From Mycobacterium tuberculosis H37Rv (GTDB lineage Bacteria; Actinomycetota; Actinomycetes; Mycobacteriales; Mycobacteriaceae): DNA of 32,000 nucleotides. Numbering within the stretch: position 1 is the stretch's first letter; each line of letters starts with the position of its first letter. The stretch lies in NCBI RefSeq assembly GCF_000195955.2, contig NC_000962.3, forward strand, positions 2,460,001 through 2,492,000. Direction: 5' to 3'. Below, piece by piece: positions 1 to 9,386 of this stretch. Position numbers and translations under genes: made by a program. The notes under the pieces are model-generated. The model was not told the DNA's origin. It made no database searches and worked only from the letters and a program-made list of their open reading frames with translations.

Positions 1-1
1 G

Positions 2-1327
2 TTCGTGCGCCAGATCCATCACTGGGCCGCTTTGATGTTCGCGGCGGCAATCATGGTGCACCTGGCACGCATCTTTTTCACCGGAGCGTTCCGGCGGCCC
101 CGCGAGACCAACTGGGTGATCGGTTCGCTGTTGTTGATCCTGGCGATGTTCGAGGGCTATTTCGGCTACTCACTGCCTGACGACCTGCTGTCGGGACTCG
201 GTCTGCGCGCGGCACTCTCGTCGATCACGCTGGGTATGCCGGTAATCGGGACCTGGCTGCACTGGGCGCTGTTTGGCGGTGACTTCCCCGGCACCATCTT
301 GATCCCCAGGCTCTACGCCCTGCACATTTTACTGTTGCCGGGGATCATCTTGGCGCTGATCGGGCTGCATCTGGCGTTGGTGTGGTTCCAGAAGCACACC
401 CAGTTCCCCGGCCCGGGCCGCACCGAGCACAACGTCGTCGGCGTGCGGGTGATGCCGGTGTTCGCGTTCAAGTCCGGCGCATTTTTCGCGGCTATCGTCG
501 GTGTTCTGGGCCTGATGGGCGGCCTGCTGCAGATCAACCCGATCTGGAATCTGGGGCCCTACAAGCCATCACAGGTGTCGGCGGGCTCGCAGCCAGACTT
601 CTACATGATGTGGACCGAGGGTCTGGCCCGGATCTGGCCGCCGTGGGAGTTCTACTTCTGGCATCACACCATTCCCGCCCCGGTCTGGGTCGCCGTGATC
701 ATGGGCCTGGTTTTCGTCCTGCTACCCGCCTACCCATTCCTGGAGAAGCGGTTTACCGGCGACTACGCGCATCACAACCTGTTGCAGCGGCCACGGGACG
801 TTCCGGTGCGCACCGCGATCGGCGCCATGGCGATCGCCTTCTATATGGTGCTCACTCTCGCGGCGATGAACGACATCATCGCGTTGAAGTTCCATATTTC
901 GCTGAATGCAACCACGTGGATTGGCCGCATCGGCATGGTGATTCTGCCGCCGTTCGTCTACTTCATCACATATCGGTGGTGTATCGGATTGCAGCGCAGC
1001 GATCGGTCGGTGCTCGAGCACGGCGTCGAGACCGGCATCATCAAGCGGCTGCCCCATGGCGCCTACATCGAGCTGCATCAGCCCCTCGGCCCGGTCGACG
1101 AGCATGGCCACCCGATACCGCTTCAGTATCAGGGAGCGCCGCTGCCCAAGCGAATGAACAAGCTGGGCTCGGCCGGATCGCCGGGTAGTGGCAGTTTTCT
1201 GTTCGCCGACTCCGCGGCAGAGGATGCGGCGCTGCGCGAGGCAGGGCACGCCGCCGAACAACGTGCCCTTGCCGCACTGCGCGAACACCAGGACAGCATC
1301 ATGGGTTCGCCAGACGGCGAGCACTAG
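2..1327 (+). CDS. qcrB: Cytochrome bcc (bc1) complex cytochrome b subunit QcrB, C-terminal ~441 codons; the 5' end lies upstream of the window (Rv2196 orthologue)
   Basis: Frame is open from the window edge to TAG at 1325-1327. Multi-TM cytochrome b profile, with His-bearing helix [19 protein letters not shown] and a Qo-site PEWY-equivalent, QPDFYMMW. The ORF-track start at 5 is an internal GTG. Confidence 0.95.
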   Translation, partial: FVRQIHHWAALMFAAAIMVHLARIFFTGAFRRPRETNWVIGSLLLILAMFEGYFGYSLPDDLLSGLGLRAALSSITLGMPVIGTWLHWALFGGDFPGTILIPRLYALHILLLPGIILALIGLHLALVWFQKHTQFPGPGRTEHNVVGVRVMPVFAFKSGAFFAAIVGVLGLMGGLLQINPIWNLGPYKPSQVSAGSQPDFYMMWTEGLARIWPPWEFYFWHHTIPAPVWVAVIMGLVFVLLPAYPFLEKRFTGDYAHHNLLQRPRDVPVRTAIGAMAIAFYMVLTLAAMNDIIALKFHISLNATTWIGRIGMVILPPFVYFITYRWCIGLQRSDRSVLEHGVETGIIKRLPHGAYIELHQPLGPVDEHGHPIPLQYQGAPLPKRMNKLGSAGSPGSGSFLFADSAAEDAALREAGHAAEQRALAALREHQDSIMGSPDGEH

Positions 1328-1504
1328 CCCGGCGACGACCCGGGTCGGCACGACCCGGGAAGGAACCGGGCAAATCAAGCACAGCCCGGCGACGACCCGG
1401 GTCGGCACGACCCGGGAAGGAACCGGGCAAATCAAGCACAGCCCGGCGACGACCCGGGTCGGCACGACCCGGGAAGGAACCGGGCAAATCAAGCACAGCC
1501 CGGC
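1327..1504. repeat. Tandem repeat, three identical 57-bp units plus a 7-bp partial fourth unit (ETR-B / VNTR-2461-type mycobacterial minisatellite)
   Basis: Unit gcccggcgacgacccgggtcggcacgacccgggaaggaaccgggcaaatcaagcaca starts at 1327, 1384 and 1441 with no mismatches; gcccggc recurs at 1498-1504. Each unit holds a 9-bp-stem hairpin, cccgggtcg-gca-cgacccggg (first copy 1339-1359). The array is bounded by the qcrB TAG (1325-1327) and the Rv2197c stop (1504-1506). Confidence 0.95.
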
Positions 1505-2148
1505 TAACTGGACTGGGGCGCCACCACCCGGCGCAGCTGCCGAGCGTATAGCCACTCGATCACCGGCATGCCCGCGGTGACCACCCCGGCCAACCCGTAG
1601 CTGATCCAAGATGGCCCGTCGTGACCGACCGCCATGAGGTAGGTCGCCGCCGCCACGGCAATCAACGCAATGCCAATCGCACTGGTCAACACGACTGTCC
1701 CGCGCAACCAGATCCGGTCCACCGCCTCACTGGACCACTCGGCGGCCACCTCGAATGCATCCGCGTGCTGTACGGGTGCCGACTCGGCCACAGCGCGTTT
1801 CGCCGGATGCCCGGATCCGATCGATCGCCCGCCCCGCACGGATGCACCCGTCGGCCTCGTCGCGGGCTCGGCCTCAGCCATGCGGCGAGCTCGCAACAGC
1901 ACCGGTATCGCGCCCACGATGACCAGTGCGGAGACCACAATTACGGCGTACAGCACCCACGTGGTGTGCGGGTTTCCGGCCATCTCGTGGAAGCCCCTAC
2001 CCAGGTCCATCAGGGCGACAGCGGCGGCCACCGACACGCCGGTGAACACCAGCCACACCGCGGCACATGCCCCAACCAGGATGCGATCGATGACGTCCGG
2101 CGAGATTACATCCGGCCCACGCCGGTATGCGGAATATCTGCTCACCAT
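1504..2148 (-). CDS. Rv2197c: Conserved integral membrane protein of unknown function, about 4 TM helices, 214 aa (Rv2197c orthologue)
   Basis: ATG at 2148-2146 overlaps the mmpS3 stop as TGATG. Four long hydrophobic segments, e.g. ILVGACAAVWLVFTGVSVAAAVALM and TWVLYAVIVVSALVIVGAIPVLL. The 52 extra N-terminal codons of the longest ORF lie inside mmpS3 and were rejected. Confidence 0.85.
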   Translation of the reverse strand: MVSRYSAYRRGPDVISPDVIDRILVGACAAVWLVFTGVSVAAAVALMDLGRGFHEMAGNPHTTWVLYAVIVVSALVIVGAIPVLLRARRMAEAEPATRPTGASVRGGRSIGSGHPAKRAVAESAPVQHADAFEVAAEWSSEAVDRIWLRGTVVLTSAIGIALIAVAAATYLMAVGHDGPSWISYGLAGVVTAGMPVIEWLYARQLRRVVAPQSS

Positions 2149-3047
2149 CAGCAGCTCGTTTGCGGTCCATCGTTGGAGTTCGATGAGAGCACCGTTCCGT
2201 CGCTCGTGGTGATCGAGCAGTTGAGTTTGCTGACCCGGAAAAGGCTGGAGGCCTCCACCGAGCCAACGTCGGATTGCGAGATCGGGGTGACCGTCATGGA
2301 CCACGGGATGTACACATTGTGCTGTGTCCGTCGGCGCCCGGCGGCATCGACGTAAGTCACCGAGATAATGTCACCCGGCGCCTTGGTACCGGTCACCGAA
2401 TAGGTGACTTGCCGCGGACCGGTCGGCGTGGTGGTCGTGGGCGGCGGTGCCGCCGCCGTTGTGGTGGTCGCCGGCGGCGGCGCCGTGGTTGTCGCCGGTG
2501 GGGGCGGTGGTGGCGGCGTCACAGTGACCGTCTGTGTCTCCGTCGCTGTCGGGATCTCGGTGGTGGGCGGTGGGGCTGGTGGCGGCGGTGGCGGCGCCGG
2601 CTTGGTGGTCGTGATTTCGTCCTGCACGGGCGGTGCAGAGGACGTAGTGTCGCCGGTGGCGAGTTTGCTGGTATGTGGTCGCGTGACGAGCAACGACACC
2701 GAAACCACGAGCGCAACGGCGGCAATTATGGCGGCGACACCGACCACCCACGGCCAGCGCGGAGCGGCCAGTTCGTCGTCCAGGTCGGACGACTCCTCAT
2801 AGTCGTCGTAGTCATAGAGCCTGAGATCGGCTGGCACATACGGGCCGCCGGTGACGTGCTCGGATTCCGGGGCAGAGTATGCCCGAGAATATGCGTCGGT
2901 CTCGCCCGTCTGGTCACTGGGCAGTTTGTCGCCGCCCCCGGCGACGGGCGGCAAGTGGTTGCCGGAAGCCCGTTCGTCGCCCGTGTCGCTGACGGGTTCC
3001 GATTCGGGTTCGTCAGGTTCCCGTCCCGGGGGATTCGGCCCGCTCAT
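2148..3047 (-). CDS. mmpS3: MmpS-family membrane protein MmpS3, 299 aa: acidic N-terminal domain, one TM helix, Pro/Thr-rich linker, C-terminal MmpS domain (Rv2198c)
   Basis: Clean ORF with ATG at 3047-3045. TM helix [24 protein letters not shown]. The C-terminal segment [26 protein letters not shown]...[10 protein letters not shown] is typical of MmpS proteins. Confidence 0.92.
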
Positions 3048-3232
3048 GTTTGCCTACCCTGTCCAACTGCCTCACCAACACGCGTGGCTTTCCGCCTGCA
3101 TCCTTGCCCGCGCGCTCGGCGCATTCTTCATTGGTGCCACGGAAACCCTACCCAACCGGGCAGGACCGAGAAGTCTGGGCAACCGTGCTACTGGTCAACT
3201 GATGCCCTGATTGTGACCTTCCCGGCGCCGGA

Positions 3233-3652
3233 TCAGTGCTTCTCAGGACCGACGTAATATTCGAAGACCAATCCGGCCGCCGAGGCGAGGATGAATGCCA
3301 CACCGGCGGCGATCAGCCACGGGAGCCACAACGCGATGCCGACCGCTGCCACCGAGCCGGACAACGCGACCATGATCGGCCACCAGCTATGCGGACTGAA
3401 GAATCCAAGTTCTCCTGCGCCGTCGCTGATTTCAGCGCCTTCGTAGTCCTCGGGCCGGGAATCTAACCGGCGGGCCACAAACCGGAAGAAGGTGGCGACG
3501 ATCAACGCCATGCCGCCGGTAAGCGCCAGCGCAGTGGTGCCAGCCCACTCGACACCACCGGTGGCGAACATCGAGGTCAACACGCCGTACAGCACCGCCG
3601 TCACCACGAAGAACGCGGCGACAAACTCAAACAGTCGGGCTTCGATATGCAT
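3233..3652 (-). CDS. ctaF: Cytochrome c oxidase (aa3) subunit IV, actinobacterial CtaF, 139 aa (Rv2199c)
   Basis: Four hydrophobic helices in a 139-aa protein, 7 bp downstream of ctaC. An AGGA SD overlaps the ctaC stop (TAGGACGCTCATG on the minus strand). Confidence 0.9.
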
Positions 3653-3659
3653 GAGCGTC

Positions 3660-4751
3660 CTAACCTACGGGCTGCGGGGCCAATTCACCGCGGCGAGTAT
3701 CAAACGGGTGGGTGGTCACCGCAAGGGGCGGCTGGTTGATCGCCCGCAGGGCCTCGGCGTTTGTCTTCCCGTCGATGCGTTGCTGCAGGTAGGCCTTGAA
3801 ATCGTTGGGGGTCACGACGCGGACCTCGAAGTTCATCATCGAGTGATACGTGCCACACATCTCGGCGCAGTGGCCCACGAATGCTCCGGTCTTGGTGATT
3901 TCTTCGATCTGGAAGACGTTGACCGAGTTGTTTGCCACCGGGTTAGGCATCACGTCACGCTTGAACAAGAACTCCGGCACCCAGAATGCGTGTATCACAT
4001 CGGCTGAGGCCATTTGGAATTCGATACGCTTGCCGGACGGCAGCACCAGCACCGGAATTTCGGTGCTGGTGCCCAACGTCTCGACCTTGTCGAAATTCAG
4101 GTAGGTCCGGTCCTCGGTGTTGAGCCCGCGCACCGGCCCGACCAGCTCTTCGCCGTACTTGTCCTTGCCCTCTGGCTTGGAAACCATGGCGCGCTTGCGC
4201 TCCGGATCGGCACCATCATAGGTCAGTGTGCCGTCTTTGAAGTTCACCCTTTGATAGCCAAACTTCCAATTCCACTGGAAAGACGTGATATCAATCACGA
4301 CCTCGGGATCCTTGGCTATCTGCAGCATCTTCTCCTGCACCACGACGGTGAAATAAAACAGCACCGAGATGATGAGGAACGGTATGACGGTGAGAACCAG
4401 CTCTAGCGGCATGTTGTAGCCGAACTGGCGGGGCAACTCAGTGTCGGTGTTCTTCTTCCGGTGAAATACCGCGGACCAGAAGATGAGACCCCACACGATT
4501 ACCCCAACCGCCAGGGAGGCGATCACCGCCCCGATCCACAGTTCTCGATTGAGGTGTGCCTCCGGGGTAATGCCCTCCGGCCAACCGATGCCCAGGGCTT
4601 CCGACCAGCTGCATCCACTGACGGTGACGGCCAATGCCCCCAGCATTGCTGCGAGCGCCAGCTGTCGAAGACCACGGGCAGGCCCTCCGGAGCCGCGCTG
4701 AGGCCTGCACTGCGACAAGCGTTGCAAACGACCTGGCCCGCGAGGTGTCAC
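3660..4751 (-). CDS. ctaC: Cytochrome c oxidase subunit II CtaC, lipoprotein-type signal, CuA centre, 363 aa (Rv2200c)
   Basis: CuA ligand motif HAFWVPEF...[14 protein letters not shown]. Lipobox-like LAVTVSGC followed by two TM helices. GTG at 4751-4749 is preceded by AGGAGG (4760-4765, minus strand); the longest-ORF ATG at 4796 has no SD. Confidence 0.93.
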
Positions 4752-4996
4752 TGTTGGCGCCTCCTGTATCACAAGCTGGGCCGACTGGGATAGCACCGGC
4801 TGCGGCGAGAACCATCGGCTAACTCAGACATCGAATACTACGCAGCGTAGACCACGCCGCCCGCGCGGGCGACGATGCGGGCCGAAACGGCCCGCTGAGG
4901 AGCCGCGCCATCAGCCCCGCGGGCGACTGCCTGGTCGTCGCGACCCGCCGGACGAGGCATCCACAAGAGTCGCCAAGTGGGGCATACTGGGGCGCC

Positions 4997-6955
4997 GTGT
5001 GTGGACTGCTGGCCTTCGTCGCGGCCCCGGCCGGTGCTGCGGGGCCCGAAGGTGCCGACGCTGCCAGCGCCATCGCCCGCGCATCGCATTTGATGCGCCA
5101 CCGCGGGCCCGATGAATCGGGCACCTGGCACGCCGTCGATGGCGCCTCCGGAGGCGTCGTGTTCGGGTTCAACCGACTGTCCATCATCGACATCGCGCAC
5201 TCGCATCAGCCGCTGCGGTGGGGGCCGCCGGAGGCTCCGGACCGCTACGTGCTGGTGTTCAACGGCGAGATCTACAACTACTTGGAGCTGCGTGACGAGC
5301 TGCGCACCCAGCACGGCGCTGTGTTCGCCACCGACGGCGACGGTGAGGCGATCCTCGCCGGCTATCACCACTGGGGCACCGAGGTGCTGCAGCGGTTGCG
5401 CGGCATGTTCGCATTCGCGCTGTGGGACACCGTCACCCGCGAATTGTTCTGCGCGCGAGATCCGTTCGGCATCAAGCCGTTGTTTATCGCCACCGGAGCC
5501 GGCGGCACGGCGGTGGCCAGTGAGAAGAAATGCCTGCTGGACCTCGTCGAGTTGGTGGGGTTCGACACCGAGATCGACCATCGGGCGTTGCAGCACTACA
5601 CCGTCCTGCAGTACGTGCCGGAACCCGAGACACTGCACCGTGGGGTACGTCGGCTGGAATCAGGCTGCTTCGCCCGGATCCGTGCCGACCAGCTCGCGCC
5701 GGTGATCACCCGTTATTTCGTGCCGCGATTTGCGGCCAGTCCGATCACCAACGACAACGACCAGGCCCGCTATGACGAGATCACGGCAGTGCTTGAGGAC
5801 TCGGTGGCCAAGCATATGCGCGCCGATGTCACCGTCGGCGCGTTTCTGTCCGGGGGTATCGACTCCACGGCCATCGCGGCGCTGGCCATCCGGCACAATC
5901 CGCGGCTGATCACCTTCACCACCGGTTTCGAGCGCGAGGGCTTCTCCGAGATCGACGTCGCGGTGGCTTCGGCAGAGGCCATCGGTGCCCGTCACATCGC
6001 CAAGGTGGTCAGCGCCGACGAGTTCGTCGCCGCCCTGCCCGAGATCGTCTGGTACCTCGACGAGCCGGTCGCTGACCCAGCGCTGGTACCGTTGTTCTTC
6101 GTCGCCCGCGAGGCCCGAAAGCACGTCAAAGTGGTGTTGTCGGGCGAAGGCGCCGACGAACTGTTCGGCGGCTACACAATCTATCGAGAACCGCTGTCGT
6201 TGAGGCCGTTTGACTACCTGCCCAAGCCACTGCGCCGGTCGATGGGAAAAGTTTCCAAGCCACTGCCGGAGGGCATGCGCGGCAAGAGTCTGCTGCACCG
6301 CGGATCGCTGACACTCGAAGAGCGCTACTACGGCAATGCCCGCAGTTTCTCCGGCGCGCAGCTGCGCGAAGTACTGCCCGGGTTCCGGCCGGACTGGACC
6401 CACACAGATGTCACGGCGCCGGTCTACGCCGAATCGGCCGGCTGGGATCCGGTGGCGCGAATGCAGCACATCGACCTGTTCACCTGGCTGCGCGGCGACA
6501 TTCTGGTCAAGGCCGACAAGATAACGATGGCCAACTCCCTGGAGCTGCGGGTGCCGTTCCTGGACCCGGAGGTTTTCGCGGTGGCCTCCCGGTTGCCGGC
6601 GGGCGCCAAGATCACCCGTACCACCACCAAGTACGCGCTGCGGCGCGCGCTGGAGCCTATTGTGCCCGCACACGTGCTGCACCGGCCCAAGCTCGGGTTC
6701 CCGGTCCCGATCCGGCATTGGCTGCGTGCCGGCGAGCTGCTGGAGTGGGCGTATGCGACGGTGGGCTCGTCGCAGGCCGGTCACTTGGTTGACATCGCCG
6801 CCGTGTATCGCATGCTCGACGAGCACCGGTGCGGCAGCAGCGACCACAGCCGCCGGCTGTGGACCATGCTGATCTTTATGCTGTGGCACGCGATCTTCGT
6901 CGAGCACAGCGTGGTGCCCCAGATCAGCGAGCCGCAGTACCCCGTCCAGTTGTAA
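4997..6955 (+). CDS. asnB: Glutamine-hydrolysing asparagine synthetase AsnB, 652 aa (Rv2201)
   Basis: N-terminal M-CGLL (Cys2 nucleophile of class II/Ntn amidotransferases). PP-loop ATP pyrophosphatase motif AFLSGGIDSTAIAAL. Full-length ORF starts at GTG 4997. Confidence 0.95.
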   Translation: MCGLLAFVAAPAGAAGPEGADAASAIARASHLMRHRGPDESGTWHAVDGASGGVVFGFNRLSIIDIAHSHQPLRWGPPEAPDRYVLVFNGEIYNYLELRDELRTQHGAVFATDGDGEAILAGYHHWGTEVLQRLRGMFAFALWDTVTRELFCARDPFGIKPLFIATGAGGTAVASEKKCLLDLVELVGFDTEIDHRALQHYTVLQYVPEPETLHRGVRRLESGCFARIRADQLAPVITRYFVPRFAASPITNDNDQARYDEITAVLEDSVAKHMRADVTVGAFLSGGIDSTAIAALAIRHNPRLITFTTGFEREGFSEIDVAVASAEAIGARHIAKVVSADEFVAALPEIVWYLDEPVADPALVPLFFVAREARKHVKVVLSGEGADELFGGYTIYREPLSLRPFDYLPKPLRRSMGKVSKPLPEGMRGKSLLHRGSLTLEERYYGNARSFSGAQLREVLPGFRPDWTHTDVTAPVYAESAGWDPVARMQHIDLFTWLRGDILVKADKITMANSLELRVPFLDPEVFAVASRLPAGAKITRTTTKYALRRALEPIVPAHVLHRPKLGFPVPIRHWLRAGELLEWAYATVGSSQAGHLVDIAAVYRMLDEHRCGSSDHSRRLWTMLIFMLWHAIFVEHSVVPQISEPQYPVQL

Positions 6956-6966
6956 CCGCCCCTTCG

Positions 6967-7024
6967 CGAGCAGACGCGGAATCGCATCGGCGGGGCCCAC
7001 ACGGTGCGATTCCGCGTCTGCTCG
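6967..7024. terminator. Perfect 20-bp-stem inverted repeat between the convergent asnB and adoK; candidate bidirectional intrinsic terminator without a U-tract
   Basis: cgagcagacgcggaatcgca (6967-6986) is the exact reverse complement of tgcgattccgcgtctgctcg (7005-7024), with an 18-nt loop. It starts 12 nt after the asnB TAA and ends 29 nt before the adoK stop. Confidence 0.55.
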
Positions 7025-7029
7025 GCGGT

Positions 7030-8057
<1,028 letters not shown>

Positions 8058-8230
8058 CTAGTCTTTCAACATTATCGGCGCCGCGGCCCGCCCCGTCGCG
8101 TTGAGAGCTGACGGCAGCTGTTGCGCTAGCCTGCCTAGGGAGCTCACCTGATTGCCGATGCTGCCGGCTGACGCGACGGGCGGTTGTCGCCCTAGCAGCT
8201 GGTCCCGTCCACCACCCTAGGAGAACCACA

Positions 8231-8923
8231 ATGCCCGGTCCCCACTCGCCGAACCCCGGTGTCGGCACCAACGGACCGGCGCCGTACCCCGAGCCCTCAT
8301 CCCACGAACCCCAAGCCCTGGACTACCCCCACGACCTCGGCGCCGCCGAACCGGCCTTCGCCCCGGGACCGGCAGACGACGCGGCGCTGCCGCCCGCCGC
8401 ATATCCCGGCGTGCCGCCGCAGGTGTCCTACCCGAAGCGACGGCACAAGCGGCTGCTGATCGGCATTGTGGTAGCCCTCGCGCTGGTGTCGGCTATGACG
8501 GCGGCGATCATATACGGGGTCCGCACCAACGGAGCCAACACGGCAGGCACATTCTCGGAGGGACCGGCCAAAACCGCGATTCAGGGATACCTCAACGCGC
8601 TGGAGAACCGCGATGTGGACACCATCGTTCGCAATGCGCTGTGCGGTATCCACGACGGCGTGCGCGACAAGCGCTCCGATCAGGCCTTGGCCAAGCTGAG
8701 CAGCGACGCGTTCCGCAAGCAGTTCTCCCAGGTCGAAGTGACCTCGATCGACAAAATCGTGTACTGGTCGCAATATCAGGCCCAGGTGCTGTTCACCATG
8801 CAGGTGACACCTGCCGCCGGCGGCCCGCCACGCGGTCAGGTGCAAGGCATCGCTCAGTTGCTTTTCCAGCGCGGTCAGGTCTTGGTGTGCTCGTACGTGT
8901 TGCGCACCGCGGGGTCGTACTAG
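8231..8923 (+). CDS. Rv2203: Conserved membrane-anchored protein, 230 aa: Pro-rich N-terminus, one TM helix, small extracytoplasmic domain (Rv2203)
   Basis: AGGAG SD at 8219-8223, 7 nt before ATG 8231. TM helix LLIGIVVALALVSAMTAAIIYGV. The domain begins AKTAIQGYLNALENRDVDTIV (NTF2/DUF4878-like impression only). Confidence 0.85.
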   Translation: MPGPHSPNPGVGTNGPAPYPEPSSHEPQALDYPHDLGAAEPAFAPGPADDAALPPAAYPGVPPQVSYPKRRHKRLLIGIVVALALVSAMTAAIIYGVRTNGANTAGTFSEGPAKTAIQGYLNALENRDVDTIVRNALCGIHDGVRDKRSDQALAKLSSDAFRKQFSQVEVTSIDKIVYWSQYQAQVLFTMQVTPAAGGPPRGQVQGIAQLLFQRGQVLVCSYVLRTAGSY

Positions 8924-8930
8924 CGTTTTA

Positions 8931-9287
8931 TCAGTTGAACGAATCCCCGCACGCGCAGGAGCCGGTGGCGTTGGGATTGTCGATGGTGAAGCCTTGCTTC
9001 TCAATAGTGTCGACGAAATCGATCGACGCGCCTTCCACATACGGCGCGCTCATCCGGTCCACGATCAACCTGACACCACCGAACTCCGCGGTTTGGTCAC
9101 CATCCAGCGTCCGGTCGTCGAAGAAAAGGTTATAGCGCAATCCAGCGCACCCCCCCGGCTGAACCGCGATCCGCAGCGCCAGATCGTCCCGTCCCTCCTG
9201 GTCCAACAGCGACTTCGCCTTGGCGGCGGCCGCTTCGGTCAGGATCACGCCGTGGGTCTTGGCGCTCGGCTCGTTCTGCACCGTCAT
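8931..9287 (-). CDS. Rv2204c: A-type iron-sulfur cluster carrier (HesB/IscA/ErpA family), 118 aa (Rv2204c)
   Basis: C-terminal family signature GSCACGDSF plus the upstream Cys in QPGGCAG. AGGAG SD at 9293-9297 (minus strand), 5 nt before ATG 9287-9285. The 14 extra codons of the longest ORF were rejected. Confidence 0.9.
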   Translation of the reverse strand: MTVQNEPSAKTHGVILTEAAAAKAKSLLDQEGRDDLALRIAVQPGGCAGLRYNLFFDDRTLDGDQTAEFGGVRLIVDRMSAPYVEGASIDFVDTIEKQGFTIDNPNATGSCACGDSFN

Positions 9288-9386
9288 GACTTCTCCTAGA
9301 TGTCTCATCGTTGGGTGGGCCCCGCCCACTAGCGTTTCAGCCTGCGGAATCCAGTCTGGGGTCTGCTTGGGGAAAATCCCACTTCC

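Noticed and set aside
1327-1504. Possible CRISPR array
   Set aside because: The repeats are directly abutting with no spacers, and no cas genes are nearby. This is a minisatellite (ETR-B type).
722-1609. ORFs crossing the VNTR with triplicated peptides (722..1609 minus, 1188..1580 plus, 1299..1496 minus)
   Set aside because: The triplicated peptides arise only because the repeat unit is 57 bp (19 codons). These ORFs otherwise overlap qcrB or Rv2197c out of frame and have no start or SD support.
2274-3257. Gly/Arg/Val-rich plus-strand ORFs (2274..3257, 2404..2802) that superficially resemble PGRS-like glycine repeats
   Set aside because: They are the antisense reading of the mmpS3 Pro/Thr linker (CCN/ACN read backwards as GGN/GTN). 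They have no PE domain and no start context.
4752-4796. Longest-ORF N-terminal extensions of ctaC (to 4796), Rv2204c (to 9329), Rv2205c (to 10856), cobS (from 12250), ephD (to 21992), dlaT (from 21896) and lipB (from 24398)
   Set aside because: The extensions lack SD or promoter support, overlap neighbouring genes or have non-protein-like Arg/Pro/Trp composition. The shorter starts have SD sites or overlap-coupling and match family N-termini.
5660-7000. 446-aa ORF on the minus strand, the longest non-annotated ORF in the window
   Set aside because: It is entirely antisense to asnB. It is Arg/Gly/Pro/Gln-rich with no recognisable motif, which is typical of a stop-poor antisense frame in GC-rich DNA.
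9315-9329. Hairpin gtgggc-ccc-gcccac downstream of Rv2205c as a terminator
   Set aside because: It has a 6-bp stem, a 3-nt loop and no U-tract, and lies in the Rv2204c upstream region. It is too weak to call.
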